Source of the DNA: the human T2T-CHM13v2.0 reference genome, Homo sapiens
Length of the DNA: 64,000 nucleotides
Assembly: GCF_009914755.1 (NCBI RefSeq)
Contig: NC_060938.1
Reading direction: 5' to 3' (one strand)
Positions 26,714-40,660 of the stretch are shown here, piece after piece. The notes below the pieces were generated by a model. The model was not told where the DNA came from. It saw nothing but the letters and a program-made list of their open reading frames with translations, and did no database searches. Position numbers and translations under genes: made by a program. Position 1 is the first letter of the stretch; each line of letters starts with the position of its first letter.

Positions 26714-29204
26714 GTAGACTTACTCAAGAAAGTCCCGAGGTTAGGGAGAGAGATGGCAGCCATCCAGCTGAGCCACCTCAACTTTTATGTTTGAATCTGA
26801 TGGCTTGTGCTTTCTTAGCCAATGATACAGGGAGATCCAGGTGTCTGGACCACCTGGAGTAGTGATGGTGAGGCTATCTTCTACTCCTTCTCTCATATGT
26901 GGAGAGGAAAGAACTAAGTGTTAAATGTAAAAATGATCTCAATCCAAGAGAGTGGGATAATATAACAGCATGATTAAAAATAAAAAGATAAGACTGGTTT
27001 ATAACTTAACTGAATTTTCTCCAGGATTTTTTTAACTACTTAAATACACAACTCAGAAGGGTTCCTACAGTCTGGTATATTGTCAGGGAACCAAGCCAGT
27101 AACTCAGGCCTCCCTCAGAGGCTACAAAGGCAGAAATGGCAGTACCTCCAGCCAACAGGCCCGAAAACGCTGAGGTCCCAGTGTGTATAATAGATAGGTA
27201 AATTATTTTACTCCCTGCAAGGCTAAGTAGAGAGCTTACCCCTTTCTTCCCTTTCAACACAGACCCCTCAAAATGCTCTTTAGTAGTTTATTTTTATTCA
27301 AAAATAAATTCTTTCATTTTAAAAAGTAATGCTTATTATACAAAATATAATGGAGTAAATTATTAACAATTGAAGAGCATCTATAATTATATTGTTTGGT
27401 AAAGATATTCTTACTTGATAGTAATATTATTTGGTAGATATCCTTCCTAATTTCAATATGTTTGTTTCCAAAAATGAGATTACTCTCTACCATTTTATAA
27501 GACTTTTTTCTTTAATAAAATATTATAGATAAAATTTGTATCAAATACAGATTTCATAATAAAAATCAACATTTATTGGCCATTTACTCTGTGCAGACAT
27601 CATGCTAAGTGCTTCACAGGCACATGCATTATGTAAATTATTTCATCCTTCTACCTAGGACTATTTTTCAGACTTTGACCCTGGGAGGTAGAGCTCCAGT
27701 AGAAAATGGTGGTCTTCCCAAGCTAGAAGACAGAGCAGAGTTCAACACAGTTGAAGTGACTGGAATTTGTGGGCAAGAGAGAAAGGAGTGATGTGATGGA
27801 GGGAGACAGCTGTCTGCATGGAGGCTCTCCATAAATCTTTGGTATAGAGCTGGGTTGCACATGTGTAGAACAAATCGCCACGAGAACTAGGAGAAAGTGG
27901 CTACTGTAGGAGTGAGTGGTGAACAAAGATACCTAAAATTACACTGGATTAGATGATGTTGTACATGTTATAGTCTAGCCAGAGTGCAGAGAGTTCATTG
28001 AGCGCCTCAGGCATTTGTTTAAGACAACAAATACCTTGAAAATAAAAGTCAAGCTTTAAAATAAGAGCCACATGCTAGGACAAGAGACAAAACCGAAAGA
28101 GACTGACTCCAACATGGAATGACACCAAGCCTGAAAGGATCTGGAGGACCTTCTAGCAATTTAAATAAATGCCCTTTAAAACAAGACATAAAATCCAGCT
28201 TCCTTGCAATATGTCATCAATATTATGCATATAATCAAAGATAACTAGACATGGGAAAAAAAAGAGAAGAAAAGAAAATATGACTCATAAACAAACAGAG
28301 GGAAGCAGTAAATAAAGGCCCAACTTTATATAACCAAGATGTTTGCAATAGAAGACAAAGACTCTAAAAGTACCTGTTACAGATATATTTAGGGCTTAAA
28401 GGAAAACACGGATATAGTGGATGACATAGGGGAACTACCAGCAAAGAGCTAGAAATTGTATTTGTTTTCACCATATACTTATTTTATCTGTTCTGGAACT
28501 TCATATAAATTGAATTATATAGTATATACTCTTTTGTATCCAGATTTTTCTCTTTGCAAAATGCCTGTAGCATTCATTTATGTTGCTGTATGATCAGTAG
28601 GCTCTTTTTATTGCAGAATAAACAAAATGAAGTAGTTAGGTGCTTACATTTAAATGTAGACTCACAGCGATTATAATAGCTACAAATGTAGACTGATACA
28701 AAAGTGTTTTTTCACAGTCCATTAGCTCAAGCGGTGTAGTAAATTATAACAGTGCTTTCCAAATGGGTGAATATTGTTTAATAAAAATCTAAACAAAATA
28801 GATGTAATAAAAATTTCAATTTATAGAGTTGCATCTCTAGAAACTTTCTGTGTATATTAAAACCATGTTTAAAACACATTTTTCTATGCAGAATGAACTA
28901 AAGTTATGGAAGTACATAATGATTCATAAATTTGTCAGCTATTTCAGTGTCTGGTGGGACATTTGAAAGCTGTACAGGATGTGAGACAATCTGCATTGGT
29001 CAGTATTCTCTCATGCTTTATAGGACATCCAGAATTTTTGGACACCATTTGCTAAATGCTAGTGATATTGTGAGACAAAAAATCCTTCCCCAAATTTCTG
29101 AAATGCTCTTTAGGGAGGAGTAATATTCCTACTGATAAGAGCTACTCTATGCCTTCTCATCGCAATCTTACCAACTGTCATATTTTTGTATTTTCTTTTT
29201 GAAA

Positions 29205-30345
29205 ATGTTGAAAAGAGATGAGAAAACCAGCCCCAGACTGGGAAAAAAAATTTTGCAAAAGACATATCTGATAAAGAACTGTTATCTAAAATACAAAATA
29301 ACTGAAAACCCAACAAGAAAATGAACAACCTGATTTTAAAATGGACAAACGATCTGAATAGACACCTCATCAAAGAATATATGCAAATAGAAAATAAGCA
29401 TATGAAAAGATGCTCAACATTACATGTCATTAGGAAATTTCAAATTAAAACAACATTGAGATATAACTGCACACCTATTAGAATGGCCAAAATCTAAAAC
29501 ACTAATAACACCAAATGCTGGCAAAGATATGGAGCAACAGAAACTCTCATTCATTGCTGGTGGGAATGCAACATGGTACCTCCATGTTGGAAGATCATTT
29601 GGCAGTTTCTTACAAACCTAAACATATTTTTAATGTACAATTCAAGACTCATGTTCCTTGATATTTACCCAAATGAGTTGAAAACTTGTTCACATAAATG
29701 TGCACACAGATGTTTATAGCAGCTTTATTAATAACTGCAAAATATTGGAAGCAACCAAGATGCCATCAGTAAATAAGCAGATAAATAAGCTATGGTACAT
29801 CCAGACAATGGAATATTAGCACTAAAAGGAAATGAGCTATTTAGCCATGAAAAGCTATGGAGAAACCTAAAATGCATATTACTAAGCGAAAAAAGCCAAT
29901 CTGAAAAGGCTTCCTACGGTATGATTCCAACTATATGACATTCTGGAAAAGGCAAAACCATGGAGACCGTAACAGTAGCAGTGGTTTCAAGAGACTGGGA
30001 GAAGAAAGGGATGAATGGATGGAGCACAGAGGAATTTTAGAGCAATAAAACTCTTCTACATATTTCTATAATTATAAATACATGTTATGACATTTGTCAA
30101 AACCCATAGAATGTACAACACGAAGAGTGAATGAACCCTAATGTAAACTATGGACTTTGGGTGATAGCAATGTGTCATTGTAGGTTTATTGATTATAACA
30201 AATGTACCTCTCTGGTGGGGGATATTGGTAACAGGTGAGGTTTTGCATGTGTTGGGGCAAAGAATAAATGGGAAATCTCTGTACTTTCACTCAATTTTGC
30301 TGTGAACCTAAAGATGCTCTGAAAAATAAAGCCTACTAAAAAAAA
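29205..30345 (+). mobile_element. L1M 3' end (ORF2 C-terminus and 3' UTR)
   Basis: GAAAAGATGCTCAACATTACATGTCATTAGGAAA and GAACCCTAATGTAAACTATGGACTTTGGGTGATA motifs. Confidence 0.85.
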
Positions 30346-30935
30346 GTTGAAAAGATGCCATGTTTGAAGAATGCTGTCCACTAAGCACAATCTCTTCTTC
30401 CTTATAGCTACTGTTCTTGGCAGAGCTACTTGGATTAACAATGGTGCCTGGCAGAGTAACACAGAGACCATAGGAATAGACATTTTCTTGAGTACATGTG
30501 GAAGACCAACTGGGAACTCCAAAATATTTTGTGATGGATGTTAAGGTGGGTTTCTCAGGGAGAACCCAGAACTACGTCATCAAGTCCATTGAAATTAGTG
30601 ATAAGAGGCTGGCCTAGATAATGACTTTGGGGTTGAAAAGGAACAGATTGGGGAAAAGGGACTTGATGATTGGCAGGTTTTAGTTGTCAAGGGCAGGAAG
30701 GAAAAGGAAAACATTTATTTTTCACTCTGTACCCTTTTGTACCTTTTCAAATTCATATCGTGTACATATTATCCATTTTTAAAGTAATTTTTAAAATGTA
30801 AGATGGGGAAGCAGAGAAAGTAGTCAAAGAGGTTAGGAAGGAATGATCAGAGTGGTTAGCGGAAAACCAAGAAAGAGTAAAAACATGAACACCAGGACAA
30901 GAACATTTCCAAAAGGGAAGTGGGGCCAACTATGA

Positions 30936-31298
30936 TGTGATAATTAATATTGAGTTTCAACTTGATTGGATTGAAGGATGCAAAGTATTGATCTTGGGTG
31001 TGTCTTGAGGGTGTTGCCACAGGAGATTAACATTTGAGTCAGTGGGCTAGGAAAGGCAGACACACCCCTAATCTGGGTGGGCACAATCGAATCAGCTGCC
31101 AGCACTGCTAGAATCTAAGCAGGCAGAAACATGTGAAAACAGAGACTGGCTTAGCCTGCCAGCCTACATCTTTCTCCTGTGCTGGATGCTTCCTGCCCTT
31201 GAACACTGGAGTCCAAGTTCTTCAATTTTGGAACTTGGACTGGCTCTCCTTGCTCCTCAGCCTGCAGACAGCCTATTGTGGGAACCCTGACTAATACA
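30936..31298 (+). mobile_element. MLT2A-type (HERV-L) solo LTR with 3' internal deletion
   Basis: TCAACTTGATTGGATTGAAGGATGCAAAGTATTG...GGAGATTAACATTTGAGTCAGTGGGCT; ends AACCCTGACTAATACA. Confidence 0.88.
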
Positions 31299-31745
31299 TG
31301 TGGTTTATGTTTGGCAAGGTCAAGTAAGATGGCTGAGAAGTATTCACTGGATTTAGGTCATTTGTGACCTATTCTGTGACTAATTCTGTGAAGCAATGAG
31401 TGTAGGAGCCAGATAAAAATGGAATGAGAAAGGAATCTGAGTTGAAATAAAGACAATATGTGAATAACATTTTCAAATATTATTTGAGGGCTTTTTCCAC
31501 TGTATTTCCTTGTACGCACAGGACTTCCTTTACCTTTAGGATTTTCTGTACTAAAGGAGGCTGTGCCAAAAACAGAGAGGTCTTTGGTTTGTTAAAATTT
31601 TGGCCCTGCTTTAAATAGGAAGGTTTTAAATCAAGATAATAAGTCCAAGAGAACACACAAAGCTGTAAAAGCCAGAATGACTATCCTAAAGACTAGATAA
31701 ATATGTTTTCAGGTTGGATGAGAGGAGCTTAGAAAATCAAGGAGA

Positions 31746-32123
<378 letters not shown>

Positions 32124-32397
32124 CTATAGAATGATGGGGCAATAAAGGCTGCATGAGCCACTAATAAGTTTGGGGCACCTGAAAGCAAAGAGGACCTGCG
32201 TCTTGATTCCCATGTAGACCTCAGGAAGGCAGCAGCAAGACCTCAGAGTAGAAAACTGTTGCTTGGTTTGTTTTGTGCACAATTTTCCATTTTGTTTTTT
32301 ACTGCAACCTATAAGAAGGGGTTCATTTTACACTGAGACCTAGCACACACTCATATACAACTGAAATGTTTCGTGAACCCATTCTTATTTCTACTAA

Positions 32398-33140
32398 GTG
32401 TATTAGTTATTATTGTTGTGTAACAAGCTAGCTCCAAATTTAGCAGCTTAAAACAATTATCCTCTCAAAGCTTCTGTGAGTCAGAAACTTGGAGCAGATT
32501 AGCTGGGTAGTTCTGATACAGGTCTCTTAGGGGGTTGTAATTAAGATGTCAGCTGGAGCTGCTTCCAAGATGGCTCACTCATATGGGTGTTGGCAAGAGG
32601 CCTCAGTACCTCACCATGTGGGCTCCTCCATAGGGCTGCTTAGCACAACATGGCAGTTGGGTTTCCCCAGAATAACTGACTTGAGAAAGAGCAATGAGAA
32701 AGCCACAGTCAATACCTTTTTTTGTCCTAATATTTAAGACATCTTCACTTCTGCCACATTCTGTTCATCAAAAGTGATCATCATAACACTATTTAGGGGA
32801 AGGAAAATGCACTCTGCTAAAAACTTTCAGTTTTTCAATCTCCCTAACACTTGAGGATAGCCATGTGATATAGTTCTGGCAATAAGATGTAATCAGACAT
32901 CTCTGGGAAGGTCATGTCTTCCTGATTAGAAAGACAAAACTTTTTGGAAAAAGCCCTTATTCTCCCTTTTCTCTTTCTTGGAATGGAGAGTGGAGACCTG
33001 GAAGTGCAAGTCATCTTGCAAACATATGTCAATATGAAACCTGCAAGTCCAGGATGGAGGCCTGGAAAGCTGCATCTCTGATGGTATTCTTGGGCTGCTC
33101 TTTCCTTGACTTGTTGACACAAATAACCCCTAATGAGTTA
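32398..33140. mobile_element. Degenerate MLT1 (MaLR) LTR fragments
   Basis: TGTATTAGTTATTATTGTTGTGTAACAA...CTTCCAAGATGGCTCACTCATATGG; GCCATGTGATATAGTTCTGGCAATAAGATGTAA. Confidence 0.6.
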
Positions 33141-33974
33141 AAAAAAAACAACAAACAAAAGTAGTGAGTCACTAAGTACAGCTCACACTTAAGGGGAAAG
33201 AAAATTAGTTTATATCATTTGAAGGGAGAAGTATCAAAGAATTTTACAACTATCAAACTATGTGTGGTGAAATCTGATATGTTTTATTCTGTCCTACGCC
33301 ACTTCAGTTTGTTTTAAATGTTGGTTATAACCCATTACGCTAAATTCATGACTTACCATTGGTTGTAACCCACGATGTAAATAGTCTAAAATCACTCTAT
33401 TGGCAAAACTGCAGGGAAACAATCACACTCATAACTTGATGGTGGAAGTGAAAAATCGTACAACCTATAGAGAAGGTAATGTGGCAATTTGTATTAAATT
33501 ATAAATGTACTTAGCCTTTGAACCATCACTCCTACCTATAATATTCTACCATATAGAAATACCTGCACACATACAAAATGTTTTATGTGTAAGTTGCTTC
33601 ATTGCAGTATTATTTTCCAATAGTATAAAATTAGAGATAACCTGTCAATCAAAAGAAGGTGGCTACATTTTGATATTATCAAATATTTTGATATTTTGAT
33701 ATATCCATACAGTGGAATACCATGAAGCTATTTAGAAAAAGAATAACTTTGAATATATCATAGGGAACAATTTCCAGGATATATTGTTAAATGAAAAAAA
33801 TCAATGTGTATACAGTATGCTAACTTTTCTGTACAAGAGGGAGAAAATTAAGAAAATATGCCTTTCCTTACTTTTACATAAAGAAACAAAAAATTAATAA
33901 ACAGTGGTTGCCTGAGAAAGGTGAGGACAAGGTGAATAGGGCAGATGTAGGCAAGAGACTTTTAATGTGTATTT

Positions 33975-36130
33975 GTTGAAAGATAGTTTGGCTAAATATA
34001 GGATTCTTGGTTGACAGTTTTTTCTTTTAGCACTTTGAATATGTTATCCCTCTACCTTCCGGCCTCCATTGTTTCTGATAAGTCAGTTGTTAATCTTACT
34101 GGGATTCCCTTGTGTGTGACAGGTTGTTTTTCTCTTGCTGCTTTCAAGGATTTTCCTTTGTCTTTGTCTCTCAGCATTTTTACTATTTTACTATTTACTA
34201 TCTGTGTGTGTCTCTTTGTGTTTGTCTTACTTAGGAGTTTCTTCAGTTTCTTGGATGTGTGTAGATTAATTTTTTTAAGACTCAAATTTGGGAAGTTTTC
34301 AACCATTATTTCTTCAAATACTTTTTCTGCTCTTTTTTCTCTTCTTTTTTTGGTAGTCACATTACACATATATTAATGCACTTAATGGTCTCCCACAGGT
34401 CTTTGAGGCTGTATTCATTTTTTCTGCATTATTTTTCTCTGTTGTTCAGCTTACATAATCTCTATTGAACTATATTCAAGTTTGCTAATTCTTTCTTCTG
34501 CCAGTTCAAATTTACTGTTGAGCCCCTGTAGTTAAGTTTTAATTTTAGTAATTGTAATTTTCAACTCAAGCATTTCCATGTTTCTTTTTTTATAAATTCT
34601 ATCTCTTTATTAATCTCTATTGATGAGACATTTTCAACATGCCTTCTTTTACTTAAGCATAGTTTAAAAATTATTTGAACATATTCATAATGTCTACTTT
34701 AAAGAGTTTGTTAAATTTGCCATCTGATCCCTCTCATGGAGAGTTTCTTCTGTTGCCTGCTTTTTTTTCCTGGGTACGGTTCGTATTTTCCTATTTCTGT
34801 GCATGTCTCATATATTTATTGCTCTTGTTGTTGTAAACTGGATGCTTTCAATAGAGAGAACCAGGGAAAAAGACAGCTAAGAAAAACCCTCATGGAACAA
34901 CTCTGTAGCAGCTCCAGATACACGTTTCTACTACTCCTTCTGTGAGGCTTATTACTATTGTTTGTTTGTTTATTTGTTTAGTTACTGGACTATTTTGGGG
35001 TAGTCTTTTTGCTCTGTGGTGTGAAGCTTCTGGTGGTGTTCTTCAGAGGACACAGCCTTGGGTATGCCTACAGTCACCCTTGGAGAACAGTAGCTTTAGT
35101 AGGGCTCTGTTTGACTGCCTCTTTTCCTGATCACTTCTAGATGTTAGGTGTCACTAATTATTTGCTAATTGCCCTATTGTTTTTGACAATGCTCTTGGGC
35201 ATAAATTGCTCCACAGTCTGATCCAATTGCAGGGGCAGTTTTTGAGGTTAGTTTAGACCTCAGGAGAGCTCTTTTTAGCTGTCTCTTCTGGGTTCTCTCT
35301 GGTAAACTAGCTGCCCTGTGGTTTAGCTTCTATCTCTCATGAAGTTTTTAGCCTCCTCTTAATTGTTTACCACCAAAACTCCATTGTTTTTGAGAATGCC
35401 TTAGACTTGAACTTCTCCACACTTTGTTTCAAATAAAATTAGTTCCTTTGGAGAGAGCTTCAGGGCTGTCTAAAGGCCTGTCTCTACTCCTATGCGAACT
35501 CTCTGAGACATGGCTCTGAATTGTGGGGGCAGGGATGGTGGCCTGCTTCTTTTGGAATGGTTGCTCCAAAAGTAGGGCATTGGGTGGGGGGGTTCATAAC
35601 ATCTGGTCTTCTCAGCTTGCCCGTTCAAGCATGAAATCTCAGTCCTACAAATGAGCTTGTTTGAGAATAATCATGGCCCCAGTATTCCCAGCATGCCACA
35701 CCCTAGTAAAGCATTTGCTCTATGAATGGGAGGTAGGTAGAAGAAGACAACCCCCAGCTTCTTGGCTGCACTCACCTGGAATTTAACCTTTGCAACATGT
35801 AGCCTGAGAGATGTGAAGTTCTTGTAACCTGCCCCTCTGAGGAAAATAAGATAGTCCTGTGATCTCGGAGAAGAAAGAGCCATGTGCTTTTTCCACCTGG
35901 AATGGAGTCTCTGTCATGCTGAGCTGGGAATAGGGAGAGAGTGGGTTATAAATCAAATGCCACAGACTCACTATTCTTACTGAGTTTTAGATTTTCTTAA
36001 TTAATGTTTCTGCATTTTCTATATGCCATTAGGACAATTTAAAAAGATTTAAAATGGTTGTCTTGAAAATAATGTTCACCAGTTAAACTTGTTTAATTGG
36101 GATCCACAGAGCTCCTCATTGCCATTCCAG
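33975..36130 (-). mobile_element. Old L1 5' portion (ORF1 remnant and upstream region), antisense
   Basis: ORF 34052-34369 (FEEIMVENFPNL...LKAAREKQPVTHKGIPVRLTTDLSETMEAGR) is clearly L1 ORF1p-like. Confidence 0.8.
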
Positions 36131-37384
36131 AAGTGGAACTTCCAAAGTATGTTTTATGTATAATTTTGATTTATTGACCCAACAATATCAAAACATATCA
36201 AAAACCAAAAATATTGGAAAAAATTCTTAAAAAGCAGCCTGTGACCTCCTAATAGGTGTGGTCACAGCCCTCTATGGTTCTGAGGTGGAGTAATAATTTT
36301 TTTGTGTTTAGAGAGGGGCTCTAAAGTGGTCATTTGAGCTGGGTCCTCTTGGACTGAAGTGGGAGATAATTACTCAGCAAGCCATGGATATAAGGCCAGA
36401 GACAGACTGATGGATGCCTTGGCAGATGCCAGGGTGAATGGATGACAACTGAGGACTTATGTTCACCAATGCACTGGCACTAATAAGCCCCTAGAACCTA
36501 GATGCTGTCATCTTAAGTTTTACCATCTGGCAGAGTAAGATGTTGAGTTGCAGAAAAATAATTACTTTCTTTCTTACACCACTAAAAGTGTAGACTAGAA
36601 TTTAGATCAATTGTAAAAGTACAGGCAATTCTTTTGATGAGTTAGCTAAAGGAAAGGAACTGAGGGAGAGAAAAGGAGGGAAGAATGGGCATTTTTCCTC
36701 TCAAGTGAGAGATTACGGCATGCTTAAGTGCTCATGGCAGGGATATGGTTCAGTGGGAAGGCTAAGGATACCAGGGAACAGAAGTAATAGATAGCATGAG
36801 ATTCCCAAGGCTGGAGAAGGGACCAGCTTCATTATAATTGGAAAACATAGCTGAGAACTAGTACAAATCTAGTTGAGTTAGGTTTGGTGGCTAAAATATG
36901 AAGAAATGTGTATCTGATGTCTTCTATTTTCTTGGAGAAGCAGCACCAAAAGTCATATTCCAAGAGGTTAGGGTTGGTTAAATGTTTGCATGGATAAAGT
37001 TTGAAGGGTCAAAAAAGGGGCAGAAGGAGTGAGTTGACAAGTGAAAATGCTCAGATTGCCAGCAGGGTGGAAGGGCCAGGCAAGGCTATGGAGTCTAAGT
37101 GCAGTGGGTACTAATCTGATTCTGTAATTTTTCTCCAATGCTGTTCAGATGCACTGGAGCAGGAATGGGGAAGATGGATGACTGGGGTCATCTTGAGTGG
37201 AATTATTCCAGAAAATAACTGCTCAGAAACCCTTATATGCTTTTTAGAAACACATATATATAGTTGTTTTCCAAATTAGAAACAAAAATCTTTTCTTTTA
37301 AATGTTATGCTGTTTTCCCATTCCTTTGATAGTTGTCTTTATCTTCCTTGTCACTTTTCCAGGGTTCTCATTGTCTTTTTCAAA

Positions 37385-37620
37385 AGACAGAGGCAGTACA
37401 GAATAGCAGTTAAGAGACGACTTCTGGCACCAATCTGCCAGGTGCAAATCTCATGTTTAGCACTTACTAGCTGTGTGATCACATAACACCTCTGTGCCTT
37501 GGTTTTCTCATCTGTAAAATGGGGAGAGTGATAATACAGTATGCCTTAATAAGATTGCTCTGAGGATTAAATGAGCGAATGCACCTACTATACAGAGTAT
37601 TACTTGTTGCTGTTATTATT
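37385..37620 (+). mobile_element. MIR SINE
   Basis: CTTACTAGCTGTGTGA...TTTTCTCATCTGTAAAATGGGGA...GAGGATTAAATGAG. Confidence 0.8.
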
Positions 37621-40600
37621 TCCACCCAAATGAAATACCCAAACTGGGAGCAGAATAAAACATGAAGGATTACATTCTGGCCTTTACATAGTACTCAATA
37701 TTTAATCCATTCCAATATTTCATAGCTTTTCTTTCTCGTTTTCCCATGAAGTCACTATAATTGCATACTCATAGTAAGCACAACGAAAGGTCGAAGTCTT
37801 AGATTATTTTGAGAATCATTCTTTCTTCACCTTTTGAGGTATTGATTGTCTAAGTATTTACACTGGGTCAAATGGGTGGCTGACTTATACCTGCGTATCT
37901 CTTGCTTCCAAGTTCATCTCTTTTCTTTGATAGCCTCTTCTGAAAGTGCTACACCTTTTCTTTTCCACAAGTAAACTTGTTATGGCTGATTGTTGTTACA
38001 AAGCCACAAGGTCCTTGCTGAGGCTGTAAGCCCTCTGCAGATGAGTACTGTGGCTTCTACCTTTTAGTAGCCTTAGCTCCCAGGAAGTTGCCCTTATATA
38101 AAGTAGGAAACAAAAATGGTAGATGATGATCACGATGATGATAATGATGACAGTACCATAATTGATCATGATTGATTTCCTTACCTGTAGACTTCTGTGG
38201 GGATAGAGAGAAACAAACATGGAGTTCTGAGGCCAAACAGACTGCAGTTCAAATCCTAGTTCTACCACTAAATAGTTGGATAGCCTTGGATTAAAAACAA
38301 ACAATTTAGAGCATTGTAAATTGTTCAGTAATTTATGAACAATTTTCTCTTTTTCCCCTCCAATTCTTGCCTACCATGACTCTCGGAGCCACTAACAGAA
38401 TGGCCTCTTTCACAAGCCATGCCTTTCCTAAAACTTCCTGCCACCGAAAAGGTAGGGCTGGAATTCCTTTTCTTCCTTAAAGTCCTTCATGCCATCACCT
38501 TGTCACTTCCAATCTCTCAGATTTTCCCTTCACTCACCAGGTAGGTTTATTCTATATCACATTTATTTTTCAATGCCTTCCTTCAATTCTTCTTCTCAGG
38601 CAACACACTATTTTGCAACACGCTCACCTCCTTACTCTAAGATCTCTAACCCTCTGCCCTTTATTCACAACTGTACTTCTATTCTATGATGTCTTTTATA
38701 ATTGAAGACTTTATCATTTCTCTCTAAATCCCAAAAGTGACTCGGTGCCAAAAAATACACAATTTTTTGCCTTTAACAGGCAAATACCGCAGACACCTGT
38801 TTTTGTTAGTCCAGCTGCATGAAGTCTGTATATGCTTTATAAAATAAGGGCTAGAGGGGAGGGATTATCTCATCTACTTTGTACTACATTGAGTGTAGCA
38901 AAATATATACAATTTACAAACTTCTGATTTGTGATGATACCCTGAGAAGCAGAAAAAATTAAAACATCTTTAGCTCTGACATGACTCATATATTTCCACC
39001 TTTGATTACAAAATAATGACATGTACCCACCTGTCAAACAAAGAAATACTTAAAAACATATTTAAATACTTTACAGGAAGAAAATGCTGGCTATTTCACA
39101 TTGAAATCTTCATACGACAGCTAATGTCTTTTCATATCTACTGTAAATAACTTGTTCAATTAAGGCTATGAAATACTGAAGAAAAGGGGCAGGATGGAGG
39201 AAAAGAAAGGGAAAAATAATATTTAAAAAAATTCTGAGTAAATGATTCTGTGTATAGTCGTATTTAACATTAGAAAGTTCACATACGCTTTTGAATTATT
39301 GTAAAACCATCTTTTCTGCTAAGATAGAAATTTAAAAAGCATCTTTGATTTGCATATTTCTAAAGATATTTTCAGTTTGCTTGAAGTTCTTCTCCAACTT
39401 TATGCCTGTGTTTTAATACCGTTACATATAGTCCCACACCTATTCTCCCTTTAATAAATACATTATCTTCGACAAGTCATAGCTATAAAGCAACCATCAG
39501 CTATTTTAAAAAATACAAAATATACCAAATTTCTAAATGTAGGAGGGTATGATCTATTTGGAAAAGTCTACGCTAATTCCAAGAGGCTGCTTCTCAAAAT
39601 AGTTTTAGAATTTCTCTTTGGAATCGTTTTCAGTTAGCTAAAAGCCACGTAGGAAACCCAACCTTGTTGTTTTATAGAGGTCTCATTTTAAAAAATAATA
39701 AAAATTTAAATAAAGTGGCATCACTCACCTTATTCAATCAACTTGACTTCAAATTACATTTTTGGCTATATCCAAAAATCAAATTTACCTCAAAAGACAA
39801 AAATTTTCTACAATGAAAATATTTTTTTAAATGTGAAAGCATTCTGAGAGCAGCATTCCAAAATTTATCAGAAATAAAAGTAACAGGTTAGAGTAAGGAT
39901 AAAACTTCAAAGTTTTCCAAGGAAGATCATTTTGGAGGTATGACGCGGGTGGAAGGAATGTTAATTTTTACATATAATCTTGGAAAACATTTAAAAGACA
40001 CATTTCTTTATGTTCATACTTCTATTTGTCCTTCAGATGGTTGAATTTTATCTAATAATAACCAGCTTTTCAAAATCCTAAAATGATTTTAAATGGGTTA
40101 TGAATTAAAAATTTTCCACAAAGGTTATTAGGGGGTGGGGTGAGGAGGTGCACCAATGTGTGTAAGGATAAGACTTTTCCACTTGCAATCTAAGCACCCA
40201 AAGCATGTCAGAGGTGCAAGCTCTAGAAGCTAAAGTTTTGTTGGATGGTAGCGATTTAGAGGGGCTTTCAAGCAGCTCTGAAGGTCTCCATTCATTCCTG
40301 AAATTCTGTGTAGTTGAACAATACTGGTTGCATTCAATGTTTTGTTTGTTTCACAGTGTGGTCCTATAATATGAGCTTTTCAGTTATAGTGAATGTTATT
40401 TTTGTCATTTTTGGCACTTACAGTTCACAATGCTTGGTTATGTGGTTTAAGATTGTTTTAATTTTTGCATTTTACATTCCTTTTGGCACTTTTGAAGAAG
40501 GGACATTGTCTTTTATGTTGTTTGGGGAAAGTGGTAAGCCTCCCCCGTCTCTAGCTTTAAATGTTTGGCTTTATGAAATCCACAACTCTCCCCCAGAATC

Positions 40601-40660
40601 TTCCATCATTAAATAATGCGAGTGGAAATTTGCCTTCATAAGCTGGCCATTCCAACCGTC

